A stretch of DNA of 64,000 nt from an uncultured Verrucomicrobia subdivision 3 bacterium (GTDB lineage Bacteria > Verrucomicrobiota > Verrucomicrobiia > Limisphaerales > UBA11358): the NCBI GenBank assembly GCA_903917705.1, contig CAIXBQ010000141.1:26861-90860 (forward strand), given 5' to 3'. The position numbers and the translations under genes were made by a program. Below, in pieces: positions 1 through 12,207 of the stretch; within the stretch, counting starts at the first letter, position 1; every line of letters starts with the position of its first letter. The notes under the pieces were generated by a model. The model saw only the letters and a list, made by a program, of their open reading frames with translations. It was not told where the DNA came from and did not search any database.

Positions 1-2833
1 TCACGATGTCCGACCCCTCGGTCCGGGCGGCCAGGGAAACCTCCGTGGCATGCGCATGCTTGAGCGCGTTGTTCAAGGCCTCCTTGACGACGAGGAACAG
101 GTGGTGGCGCATCTCGGGCGGGAGCGGCAACTCGGGCAGGTTCCCGTCAACCTGGAACCGGCAATGGACCTCGGTGTTTTCAAACAGCTCGCGGGCGAGC
201 TGGGTCAGGTATTCCACGAGACTGCGCAGGGAATCGTTGCGCGGATTCACGGCCCAGACGATTTCATCCAGCGCCCGCGCAGTACGAACGGCGAAGGCGG
301 AGATCCGGGCCACGCGCTGCTTCAACGATTCCGCGCTGGTTTCCCGCGACTGCCCGATATCCGTGATGGACATGGAGATATAGGTGAGACTCGAACCCAA
401 CTCATCGTGCAGATCCCGCGCGATGCGGACCCGCTCCCGCTCCATGGCCTGCTCGGATTCAATGCGCCGGAGCCGCGCGCGGTAACGGCGGCGCTCCACC
501 AGCCGGATGCCGGCGGCGATGAGGCCGACCAGAGCGAACACCAGCAGCGCCGCGAACCACGGCCGCTGCCAGAAAAACGGCAGCACCGCGAACGCCATGC
601 CCGCGCCCGGCTCGTCGAACTGGCCGTTGAGATTGCAGGCCTGCACCCGGAAGCGATACGAGCCCGGCGGCAGATAGCTGTAATGCGCCACGCGGACGTC
701 GCTCCATTCCGTCCAGCCGGGGTCCATGCCCTGCAGCCAATAGCGGAACTGAATCCGTTCCGGCGCATCAAACCCGATGCCGGTGAAATGAAAATCAAAG
801 GCATGCCGTCCCGCCGCAATCGTCCCGCCGCGCGCCGGCGCGAACCCCGTTTTCTGCTTATCCACGAGCAAGTCCTCCAGCAGCGCCGCCGGCAGCGGCG
901 CGAGGTGGCTTTGCTGGCGCGGGTCGATCGTCACGATGCCCTTGGCGGTGGCGAAACACAGCAAGCCCGCGCGGGTCTTCAACGCCGCCCCGAAATTGCC
1001 GATGCATTCCTCCGAAGCCATCCCGTCCGGGATGCCAAAGTTCAGCGGGTGCACCGAAGCGGTTTTGCCGGCGGCGACATCATTCAACACGCGCTTGCTG
1101 ACGCGGCAGATGCCGCGGTTGCAGCCCAGCCACAGTGAGCCGTCATCGTCCTCCAGAATTTGCAACACGATATCATCCAGCAATCCCTGACGCGTGGTGA
1201 ATCCGTCCATCCGGCCGGCGGCCCAGCGATTCAGGCCACCACCGTCGGTGCCGATCCACAAAGTTCCGCCCGCCTCGAGACACAGCGTACGGATCAAATC
1301 GCTTTGCAAGCCGTCCCGGGTGGTAAACCCCGTGAGCTTCCCGCCCTGCAAACGGGCCAGGCCGCCGCCCAGGGAACCAATCCACAGCGTCCCATCCCGC
1401 GCCTGCGCCAGCGCGGTCACCGGTTTGCCGGAGAGACCCTTGACCGGGGTGAATCTCCCCTGCTTCAACAACCCCAGCTTGCCGTTGTAAGTGCCCACCC
1501 ACATGCCCCCGGCGACATCCTCGCATAAACTCCAAACACGATCGCCGAGGAGCCACGCGGTGTCGCTGTAATGAGAGATCAAGCGGCCGTTCCGCCATTG
1601 ATACAGGGCCGGGCCGGCCCCCCACCACACACTGCCGTCGCGGCCCGCGAGCACCGCCTCCAGCAGCACATGGCCGCGAAACGATTCGCTCATCATCTGC
1701 CCGGGCGACTGGCCGTCCGCCCAATGATACAGCCCCTGGCCGTAGGTGCCCGTCCAGAATTCCCCGTTGGTCGTCTGAGCGAGCGAACGCAACTGACATT
1801 CCGAAGCACCGTCCATCAGGTGCAGCACGGAAAGTTTCCCGGGGCCGATGCGGTTCAAGCCGCCGGACTGCGTGCCCACCCAAAGAAACCGGTCGCGCCC
1901 GGCAAAGGATGACAGGATGGCGTCATCGGACAAACCGTCCTTTTTTTGCAGGGAGCCAAGCCAGCCGGCATTGGTTTGAAAATAGTAAAGGCCCTCGTTC
2001 AAAGAACCGGCCCAGATGGTGCCGTCCGAAGTTTCCGCGAGGCGGTAGGTGACCACCTCCGGGAATCCCTCATTCGTGCCGTAGGTCGTCCAAACCCCAT
2101 TCTCGCCGCACAGGATTTTCCGCTCGCGAAGGCCGGCCCAGACACGATTCCGGCTGTCCACGATGACGCAGCGGGGATTGTTGGTGATGGTGCCCGTCTC
2201 CCCGTCCGCCACCGAATTGGTTTCACCGTGAAAACGCAGGAGGCCGTTGTGCAGCGTGGCGGCCAGGATGTCGCCATCGCGGTCATGGGCCAGATCAAAG
2301 ACGAGCATCGGCCCCAGCTCCCGGGCCACCGGCTCGAACCGGCCGCCGTGCCAGCGGCTCAAGCCGGTGTGGGTGCCGATCCACACATCGCCGTTGGTGG
2401 CCTCCACAAAACTGCTGATGGAGTCGCCGGCCAGGCCGTCCGCCACCGTGTAATTTTTAATTTCGCCGCAGACCAGCCGCGCCACGCCGCCGCCGGAGGT
2501 GCCGATCCACAGGCCGCCCGAATGATCCTCCAGCAACGCCGAGATCTGCAGGTTCTTCAGGCCGTCCGCGAGCCCGAACACCCGGCAATGGACACCGTCG
2601 AAACGAGCCAGACCCTCATCCGTGCCGAGCCAGAGGTAGCCATCGCGCGTCTGCGTGACCGCGGTAACGGTGTTGTTCGGCAAACCCTGCTCCGTCTGCC
2701 AGGTCCGCACCAGAAACGGGGCTGCGGGCGGAACGGGAACCGATTCCGCCAACACCGCCAAATCAAAACCGATCAGCCACACGAGCAGTTGCCCGAGGCA
2801 GCGGCGGGGAAAGGGAAAAGCCATCGCATCCAT
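1..2833 (-). CDS. Sensor histidine kinase with an extracytoplasmic beta-propeller (Reg_prop/Y_Y_Y-type) domain, a TM helix, HisKA_3 and HATPase_c. The C-terminus lies beyond the window edge.
   Basis: Own minus-strand translation; the frame is absent from the ORF track because it has no stop inside the window. N-terminus M(DAM)AFPFPRRCLGQLLVWLIG. Repeated DG.LW.GT..GL propeller motifs. TM FFWQRPWFAALLVFALVGLIAAGI. H-box RIARDLHDELGSSLT. N-box EALNNALKHAHATEV at positions 2..70. The reading frame is consistent at both ends, and no other minus ORF is listed in this frame. The + ORFs 50..1138 and 1946..2920 are antisense shadows. Confidence 0.8.
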   Translation of the reverse strand, partial: MDAMAFPFPRRCLGQLLVWLIGFDLAVLAESVPVPPAAPFLVRTWQTEQGLPNNTVTAVTQTRDGYLWLGTDEGLARFDGVHCRVFGLADGLKNLQISALLEDHSGGLWIGTSGGGVARLVCGEIKNYTVADGLAGDSISSFVEATNGDVWIGTHTGLSRWHGGRFEPVARELGPMLVFDLAHDRDGDILAATLHNGLLRFHGETNSVADGETGTITNNPRCVIVDSRNRVWAGLRERKILCGENGVWTTYGTNEGFPEVVTYRLAETSDGTIWAGSLNEGLYYFQTNAGWLGSLQKKDGLSDDAILSSFAGRDRFLWVGTQSGGLNRIGPGKLSVLHLMDGASECQLRSLAQTTNGEFWTGTYGQGLYHWADGQSPGQMMSESFRGHVLLEAVLAGRDGSVWWGAGPALYQWRNGRLISHYSDTAWLLGDRVWSLCEDVAGGMWVGTYNGKLGLLKQGRFTPVKGLSGKPVTALAQARDGTLWIGSLGGGLARLQGGKLTGFTTRDGLQSDLIRTLCLEAGGTLWIGTDGGGLNRWAAGRMDGFTTRQGLLDDIVLQILEDDDGSLWLGCNRGICRVSKRVLNDVAAGKTASVHPLNFGIPDGMASEECIGNFGAALKTRAGLLCFATAKGIVTIDPRQQSHLAPLPAALLEDLLVDKQKTGFAPARGGTIAAGRHAFDFHFTGIGFDAPERIQFRYWLQGMDPGWTEWSDVRVAHYSYLPPGSYRFRVQACNLNGQFDEPGAGMAFAVLPFFWQRPWFAALLVFALVGLIAAGIRLVERRRYRARLRRIESEQAMERERVRIARDLHDELGSSLTYISMSITDIGQSRETSAESLKQRVARISAFAVRTARALDEIVWAVNPRNDSLRSLVEYLTQLARELFENTEVHCRFQVDGNLPELPLPPEMRHHLFLVVKEALNNALKHAHATEVSLAARTEGSDIV

Positions 2834-3452
2834 GCCAGCAAAAGCCACGGTTTAACACAAGGGGAAAACGCGGCGACCAAGGACGACGGAACGCACCCAA
2901 GGATGGGGCTTGAGACCTGAAAGGGGTCGCGCGAAGACCGCGAAGGAGGGCGAAGGGGGGACAGTAATCAGTCGTCACCCATTAGCGTGAGCGGTCAATT
3001 GCAAAAATAGATTATCGTCAGCCAGCCTTTTTATTAAAAGCTGTCTTTGTCTTTCCGGGCCGTTGCGGGCGGCGTCCAAGGTGCAATTCGTGCCTGTCAT
3101 TTCAGTTGTTGATTCAGATCTATCACTCCCTCGCAGGAGGGTGATCCGTTCAGTCACCCATCTGGTTCCAGCGTGTCGCGTCCGTTCTGGGTGACAGACC
3201 GGTCTGCCACCCGCAGACTTTCGTCTGTCGGCGGCGCACGCCCTCCTCCCGGCATGCCGGGAGCCAGAAAACATTCAGTGCCAAACCAGGTTCATTCAGT
3301 GGGTAATGACTTGTGGCTCGCACAGCCTTGCGGCCGTGCGTCCAACCTGTCGCAGACTCTTGGTTTGGTCGAATCACCATAATCTTTTTTACTTGGGCCA
3401 TTTCCGCTTCAGCGGTATCGGGGTCGGGCGGAGGGAGACCCGCCGCGCCCAT

Positions 3453-4541
3453 TCAGTTGGATTGGCTCGGAGGTCCAGACGACTGCGCTGGTTCACGGCC
3501 GGTCTCCCCAAAATCTTTCTTTCCCGGCCCGAAGACGCGGGTGGCGTCATAGGGCACATTCGCCACCATCACATGCCAGGAGGCTTTGGCCAGTTTGCAG
3601 GCCAGCGACTTGGTCGCAATGACGGGATTGGTCTTCTGCTTCTTCCGGTCATAAAAGCGGCGGCATGGCTCATCGTGGCGGCAGGCAAAATGAGCCGCCT
3701 CCACAAACGCCCAGGCCAGATACTTGTTGCCGCATTTGCGGTTGTTCTCCCCTTTCTTCTTGTGGTTGCTCTGCCGAACACTTTTCACGCAGCGACAGTA
3801 GCTGGCAAAGTGCCCCGCGTCGGCGAAGCGTTCGGCGTCGCCGGTCTCCAAGGCGATGGTCAGCCCGAGGATCTTGCCGATGCCGGGCATTTCCTGCAGG
3901 CGCTGGTAGGCCGGCGATTTCTCCGCAACCTCCAGGATGTGCTTTTCAAGCTTCGTGATCGAGTCGGTGTAGTGGTCCATCAGGGTGATCTGCTCGCCGG
4001 CCAGCAGTTGATCGGCGGCCGCCGTGAACCGGGCTTGCGCCGCCTCCGGACTCATCGCCTTGACGCGCGCCAGCGGCACCCGCTGGCCCAGCGTCCGTTC
4101 GTTGAGGCTCTTGAAACTCAAGATCAGCGTGGTGCGCTGGCGCACCAGCAGCATCCGGCGGCGCAGCAGGTCGCGCACAGGCCGAAGCTTGCGGTCGTAA
4201 ATGTGGCCGGTGGGCAGGAGGTTCAGTCGCAGCAGTTCCGCCAGAAAGTAAGCATCCGAGACATCGTCGGTGTGCTTCTTGCCACTGTAGGGCTGCATGG
4301 CGGCAGGATTAGCCAGAACAACGTGATAGCCGTGATCCTGGAGTCCATCCACCAGCCAATACCAGTTGTAGGTGGACTCGACAGCGATTGTGTCGATGCG
4401 CTTTTTGTAAGGCTTGAGCAGTTGCAGGATGGCGGACAGGTCGCAAGCCAATTGCTTGTGCAGGAGGCGACGGCCGCTTTCATCCATGAGGCCGCATACG
4501 GCGTTGTTGCTGTGCAGGTCAATTCCGACCATAATCTTCAT
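3453..4541 (-). CDS. IS110-family (DEDD) transposase/recombinase
   Basis: Motifs MKIMVGIDLHSNN...IAVESTYNWYWL...VVLANPAA...MPGIGKILGLTIALETGDAERF...GKRQSNHKK-like C-terminal Transposase_20 region. The internal Met at 4541 is preceded by GGAGAA. The 35-codon upstream extension of the listed ORF is probably not translated. Confidence 0.85.
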   Translation of the reverse strand: MKIMVGIDLHSNNAVCGLMDESGRRLLHKQLACDLSAILQLLKPYKKRIDTIAVESTYNWYWLVDGLQDHGYHVVLANPAAMQPYSGKKHTDDVSDAYFLAELLRLNLLPTGHIYDRKLRPVRDLLRRRMLLVRQRTTLILSFKSLNERTLGQRVPLARVKAMSPEAAQARFTAAADQLLAGEQITLMDHYTDSITKLEKHILEVAEKSPAYQRLQEMPGIGKILGLTIALETGDAERFADAGHFASYCRCVKSVRQSNHKKKGENNRKCGNKYLAWAFVEAAHFACRHDEPCRRFYDRKKQKTNPVIATKSLACKLAKASWHVMVANVPYDATRVFGPGKKDFGETGREPAQSSGPPSQSN

Positions 4542-4720
4542 AGTGGTTCTCCGGTGGGTTAAGGTTGGTTCTTGGTGTTTGCTAACACACCTCAAACTAA
4601 CCGCCCGCCTGCCGGATAACCACGCTTTGCTTAAACGCCAGCTCACGCTTAATGTTCTACAGTTGTCAGTGGGCAGTGGGCGTAGTAAACAAATAATCGG
4701 AATGCGGAATGCATAAATTT
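3453..4720 (-). mobile_element. IS110-family insertion sequence. True ends cannot be determined from a single copy.
   Basis: Contains a DEDD-type transposase ORF plus about 180 nt of non-coding sequence upstream of it. No terminal inverted repeats were seen, as expected for IS110-family elements. Confidence 0.5.
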
Positions 4721-4917
4721 AACACAAAGACACCAAGGGGGAACAGAGTTCAGAGATCAGAAGTCAGAGGTCGGAACCACGGACCACGAACCACGAGAAC
4801 AAAGCGAAAATCGGAAAGCGGAAGAGAACAACCAAGGAACAAAGAAACAAAGATTTTTAACCACGAAAGACAAAAAATAACACGAAAATGGAAAACAAAC
4901 GAGGTGAAATCCAATAG

Positions 4918-4946
4918 TTTGAGCCTCCTGACGTCGGCTGCTACAA
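4918..4946. repeat. 29-bp direct repeat, copy 1 (TTTGAGCCTCCTGACGTCGGCTGCTACAA)
   Basis: Identical at 28 of 29 positions to copy 2 at 5020..5048, with a 102-bp period. Confidence 0.8.
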
Positions 4947-5019
4947 GGGCCTAGCGAACGGGCCCGTTACATAACTACGGCTCGCGAGGACGCTCGCCCC
5001 ACCACCAGCATATTTTCCA

Positions 5020-5048
5020 TTTGAGCCTCCTGACGTCGGCTGCCACAA
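5020..5048. repeat. 29-bp direct repeat, copy 2 (TTTGAGCCTCCTGACGTCGGCTGCCACAA)
   Basis: See copy 1. It abuts the nrdJ terminator. Confidence 0.8.
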
Positions 5049-5052
5049 ACGT

Positions 5053-5085
5053 AAAAAAAAGCCGGGGAATCCGAAGATTCCCCGG
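5053..5085 (-). terminator. Rho-independent terminator of nrdJ
   Basis: On the minus strand: GCCGGGGAATC-TTCG-GATTCCCCGGC followed by TTTTTTTT, 23 nt after the nrdJ stop. Confidence 0.85.
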
Positions 5086-5107
5086 CCAAGCTGTTACGAC
5101 TGACCGA

Positions 5108-8194
<3,087 letters not shown>

Positions 8195-8683
8195 GGTGTA
8201 ATTCAGTTTAATTTTAAACAGTTATCCCGACGCCCCTCCAAGTATCAAAAGTACGCCAGGGTTCAAAAAGCAACCAGTTTTCCAAGAAAAACCGACTTTC
8301 CGGGAAAACTGAAGTTCCCCTACTAATTGGGGAACGGTCTCCATCATGCTACCACCGGTTGTATCTTTCAAGAAAATTTTACAAAAAAGTTACGCGAACG
8401 ATAATCACAAATAAAATCAACGGTTTTATCATGACGTCGACGAAGAAATCAGGCTGGTTTGCCGGTTGCGGGGAGGTTTCTGAACCCAAAACTGACCCAA
8501 TTAATCACCCATAACCATCTCAACATAAAAAAAGAATACCTCCAACGTGAAAAGTCGATATTTGAGAGATTGTGCCTTTGAAAAGTTTGCCAAAGGGCGG
8601 CGGCTTGGACTCCCTCTCCCCGTCCAAACGGGGATGGCGTGATGGGCATTGAATTTGAATCATTCTTGGCCTCCTCACCCCAA

Positions 8684-8711
8684 CCCTCTCCTCCTTTAAG
8701 GGAGGAGAGGG
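8684..8711. repeat. REP-like GC-rich hairpin (CCCTCTCCTCC-TTTAAG-GGAGGAGAGGG)
   Basis: Perfect 11-bp stem. It shares arm sequences (TCACCCC..CCCTCTCC / GGAGAGGGAGAAA) with the hairpin at 12840..12872. Confidence 0.7.
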
Positions 8712-9049
8712 AGAAAGACTTGTCAGCGGTATAATCCCGGATATTTGACGAAATTTTTGGTGCCAGTTCGAGAGATGGAGCAGGCAATAAAAATCGAGTA
8801 TTAACACGTTCCCGATGAGGCTTGCCGGAAAGGGTAAAAATAGCCATCACGAGCGCGGCCCCGGGAGGACGCGGACAAACATATTTGTGCCGGTGAGCGG
8901 GAAGGAGAAGGTCATCACCGGAGCGCTGTTCTCACTTTGGAAATGCCGGGCCCGATGCCGGCGCGGTTGAACCGGCAATGGAACCAGAAGACCCAGCACG
9001 ATAACCCCCAACAGCGCCACTGCAATCCATCGGACAGGCAGATTGGTCA

Positions 9050-9234
9050 TTAGAGCATTTTCATAAATATTGCAGCCGTCCGGCTGGGACCAAAATGAAG
9101 GCGGTCTTTTCGAGTTTGGGCTTCGTTTCGGCTCAGTCGCAGGGTTACTTGGAACCTACTCCTTCGCCAAAGCCTCGCCAAAACTCGAAAATCCCTGCTC
9201 CGAACGGCTCCACTATTTCCTCAAACGCTCCAGC
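9050..9234 (+). mobile_element. MITE-like repeat, copy 1 (short variant with an internal deletion of about 63 bp)
   Basis: Aligns end to end with 33108..33355 (TTAGAGCATTTTCATAAATATTGCAGCC...GGCTCCACTATTTCCTCAAACGCTCCAGC). It lacks the central GACTTCCCAAGTCC...CATTGCAG segment. Confidence 0.7.
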
Positions 9235-9288
9235 CATTGACAGCAAAGGCGCTCATAATGGTCAAAAATAATTGAACACCAAGGCAGC

Positions 9289-12138
9289 TCAGGGCGACCG
9301 GCCGGATTGCAACAGCTGCACCGGGCCAAACAGGCCCGCCGGTTCCAGCGGAGACCGGGCCGTGAGCTTGCGGATATTGGTGCGGGTAAAACGCTGAGCT
9401 TTCGGCAGGCGGGCATCGCCGATGAGGCGGTTGGGCCAGAAGTTCACAACCTCGATCTGCAATTTGTTTTCGCCCGACTGCACCGCGGCTGTCACGTCCA
9501 CCCGCCACGGCGGGCACCAGAGGATGCCGCAGGATTTGCCATTCAACTTCACTTCGGCCAGTTCGCGCACATCGCCCAAGTCCAAAATTAATTTTGAGTT
9601 ATTAGTTTTGAGTTTTGAGGTGTCCAGGTGGAATGATTTTTCATACGTCGCCGTGCCGGAAAAATATTTAATGCCCGGCTCCGGCCGCGCCGGCCAGCTG
9701 ACCAGCGAATCAAACTGCGCGGTTTCCGGCCCGCCCCATTTCGGGTCGAAGTGCAGAGTCCACGCGCCGGAGATAGCTTGAGACGGTCTCAAATCCGGCG
9801 CATTGGACCGGGCGATGGCCGGATGCGCGGCGGCGGGTTCGCGAAAGACCACAAACCACGAACCGCACGGCGGGAAATCGAGCGGCACAAAAGTACGACC
9901 AGCCTGCTCCTCATAGGCAGCGGCAAACTGGTGCTCGCCGGTAACCGGGTTCCACAATTCCGGCACCCGGCCGGCCACACGAAAAGCAATGCGCGCGCCG
10001 GCAGAAAAGTTCGTGCGATTGGCGACGAAATATATTTCCGCGCCAGCCGCCGACCGGTGGACATAATCAAAATCACCCGCGCCAGGCGGGAATTCGCAAT
10101 CAGGTTTCAGGCCATCCGCCAAGAGCACTTCACGCGCGGATTTGCCGGCGATAACGCGGCCCCGGCCGACCCGGCCATCCCACAATTCATCGGCGAGGCG
10201 CTTCACCGCAGCATCGGTAGCCGCCATGTTTTCCAGCGTTTCGCCGCGGACCGGCCGAGGGCCAATGACCGTAGCGCCCGCGGCGACGAGTTCCTTGATC
10301 TTCTTCAACACCGGCAAGGAAATCTCGTCACGAACCGGCAAAACCAGCACGCGATAGCTGACGCCATCGGGCAAAACGATTTTTCCATCCTTGACGCCGG
10401 CGCGCTCAATCAGCGCCTCCGCCGTGATGACATCGTAATCGTAGCCGGGACCCACCTGCGCCGGGTCGGTGCGCTTATGCTGCGTGAAATTCGGAACATG
10501 GTCGCCGTAGTAATACAACACATCGGCGGAAAAAAGTCCCTGCTGCAGCATGAACTGGCAGCGGTCAATGTAGCTGAAAAACGGCGCGGATTTCTCCCAC
10601 CACGTCACCTTCGGATTCAAGTGGGTGCCGGCGAAATACTGCTGACCGGGAATCCCCGTTTCGTCCGGCGAACAGACGAACGCATGCCAAACGAGGACGT
10701 TCAAGCCTTCGCACAGCGCCTGGTCAAAGGCCGGCTTGAGATTGTCCCAGATTTTTTCCTGCCAGTGCGGCCCGATGGTGGTGAAGCCCTCGGCAAAAAC
10801 ATATTCGCGGCCGTACGTGTGAGCGGCGGACGCGGGCTGCTTGACGAAGAAACGGTTCGCGTCGCCGATGCGATGCGTCCACGACCACGCCCAAAACTCG
10901 CTCATCGGCGCGTCGTCCATGCCGAGGCAACGCTGGGCGTCAATCAGCACCGCGTGGGGCCCGCCGCTTTCGGGATGAAGGCCAACGCCGTGCCGGTGCG
11001 CAAGGTCGCGGAACAGGCGGTAATGATGGTCAATCGCCAGGTCGCCGAGGGTCTGGCGGTAATCAAAAAGAAAACGGTCGCTCTCGGCGCGCGAATTCAC
11101 GAGGCGCCCGGCAAGCACGGGGAGCCACGGAACCATAGAATAGCCCCGGCGCTTTTTGAATTCCTCGCGCAGATCGGGCGTCCAGTTGGCCAGTTCGATC
11201 TCCCAACTGTCGGTGTGCAGATACTTCAACGACTTTCCCGCAAGCGGGCCGGCGTCCTGCAACAGCGGCTCGACAATTTTGTCCCAATAATTTTGAAACG
11301 CCGTCGCGCTGTAAACATCGAGCGCAAAGCCGCCCCAGCCGTCGCTGCCGGTCGAGACATAGGCGTGGTCGCCGATGGTGTAGCCGAAACGCAGGATCTG
11401 CCACTCACCGGGTGGCGCATCCCAGCGCAGCGTGCCATCGGGGCCGACCAGTCCAGTCACATCGCGCACCCCGGAAACCTCCGCATCGGCTTCGCCGGCC
11501 TGCGCCGGGATCTCCGCGAACAAGGCCGACGACACCGGCGCGGAGAACGGCTGAAGCGATTCCTGCAGCGCCTTTTGCCTCCAGTTCTTCAGCGGCGCCG
11601 GCCGGGGCGCGGCTGGGATGGGATAAGCCACGATGGCGGCATCGCGGTAGAAGTTTTCCCGCGCCGGCGGCGCCGGCAGCCGGACGACCACATTGGAACC
11701 GCCGGAAATCGCCAGCTCCGACCAGACGTATTTCTTGGCGGCATCCTCCCGGGACACCACCGGGCCGCCCAGATTCCAGCCACTTTGGAGGTTCAGGCTG
11801 ATCTCCAGGCCCAGCCGGTCCGCTTCGCGCAGCGTGTGCTTATAAAGCTCGCGCCATGCCGGCGAGAAAAAAGCCGGGCCGGGCGGCACCGGATCATTGC
11901 CATCCTGCGCCGCGCCGTTAGCGTCGAAAATCACCGCCCCGCCGAACCCCTTGGCCCGCATCTGCTCCAGGTCATGCGTGATCGAAGCCCTGGTCACATT
12001 GCCGTTGAGCCACCACCAGTAGGCGCGGAGCTTCGCGGCATCAGGCGGATGCTGCCAGCCGTCGTCCAGCGATTCGGCGGCGGCGCGGCCCAGCGCCAGG
12101 GCAAACAGCACCGCGCAAAGTATCCGGGAATTTTTCAT
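9289..12138 (-). CDS. Secreted glycoside hydrolase, GH106-like (putative alpha-L-rhamnosidase-type family, often annotated as GH2 sugar-binding)
   Basis: 949-aa ORF. Signal peptide MKNSRILCAVLFALALGRAAA. N-terminal motif YWWWLNGNVT..ITHDLEQMRAKGFGG. C-terminal motif FSGTATYEKSF...AEVKLNG...NFWPNRLIGD. The family was assigned from memory of motifs only. Confidence 0.6.
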   Translation of the reverse strand: MKNSRILCAVLFALALGRAAAESLDDGWQHPPDAAKLRAYWWWLNGNVTRASITHDLEQMRAKGFGGAVIFDANGAAQDGNDPVPPGPAFFSPAWRELYKHTLREADRLGLEISLNLQSGWNLGGPVVSREDAAKKYVWSELAISGGSNVVVRLPAPPARENFYRDAAIVAYPIPAAPRPAPLKNWRQKALQESLQPFSAPVSSALFAEIPAQAGEADAEVSGVRDVTGLVGPDGTLRWDAPPGEWQILRFGYTIGDHAYVSTGSDGWGGFALDVYSATAFQNYWDKIVEPLLQDAGPLAGKSLKYLHTDSWEIELANWTPDLREEFKKRRGYSMVPWLPVLAGRLVNSRAESDRFLFDYRQTLGDLAIDHHYRLFRDLAHRHGVGLHPESGGPHAVLIDAQRCLGMDDAPMSEFWAWSWTHRIGDANRFFVKQPASAAHTYGREYVFAEGFTTIGPHWQEKIWDNLKPAFDQALCEGLNVLVWHAFVCSPDETGIPGQQYFAGTHLNPKVTWWEKSAPFFSYIDRCQFMLQQGLFSADVLYYYGDHVPNFTQHKRTDPAQVGPGYDYDVITAEALIERAGVKDGKIVLPDGVSYRVLVLPVRDEISLPVLKKIKELVAAGATVIGPRPVRGETLENMAATDAAVKRLADELWDGRVGRGRVIAGKSAREVLLADGLKPDCEFPPGAGDFDYVHRSAAGAEIYFVANRTNFSAGARIAFRVAGRVPELWNPVTGEHQFAAAYEEQAGRTFVPLDFPPCGSWFVVFREPAAAHPAIARSNAPDLRPSQAISGAWTLHFDPKWGGPETAQFDSLVSWPARPEPGIKYFSGTATYEKSFHLDTSKLKTNNSKLILDLGDVRELAEVKLNGKSCGILWCPPWRVDVTAAVQSGENKLQIEVVNFWPNRLIGDARLPKAQRFTRTNIRKLTARSPLEPAGLFGPVQLLQSGRSP

Positions 12139-12207
12139 TTGATTGGCCGGAGCATACCGCAGCCGGAAAAATTGTACCAGCCACGATCACCGCGCCGGCT
12201 TCCGGAT

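Noticed and set aside
3306-4562. 418-aa + strand ORF
   Set aside because: It is antisense to the IS110-family transposase gene, which has clear DEDD/Transposase_20 motifs.
4709-4954. 81-aa highly basic ORF (MHKFNTKTPRGNRVQRSEVRGRNHG...)
   Set aside because: It is a product of the T-depleted purine-rich repeat tract. It has no start context and extreme composition.
4918-5048. Possible CRISPR array, suggested by the two 29-bp direct repeats
   Set aside because: There are only two repeat copies, the spacing is 102 bp, and no cas genes are in the window. It does not meet minimal CRISPR criteria.
8195-8448. Cobalamin riboswitch or NrdR operator upstream of nrdJ
   Set aside because: I found no B12-box-like core and no pair of 16-bp NrdR palindromes by eye. 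A covariance-model scan would be needed, so I left it as a low-interest note only.
8449-8850. 133-aa and 95-aa minus ORFs
   Set aside because: They run through the REP-like hairpins (translations include SPSPPLKGGEG-type repeat artefacts), so they are unlikely to be coding.
8847-9050. 67-aa ORF with one hydrophobic helix (MTNLPVRWIAVALLGVIVLGLLVPL...)
   Set aside because: It could be a small membrane protein. However, it lies in a repeat-rich 1.1-kb spacer, its start abuts the MITE copy, and nothing supports it beyond hydrophobicity.
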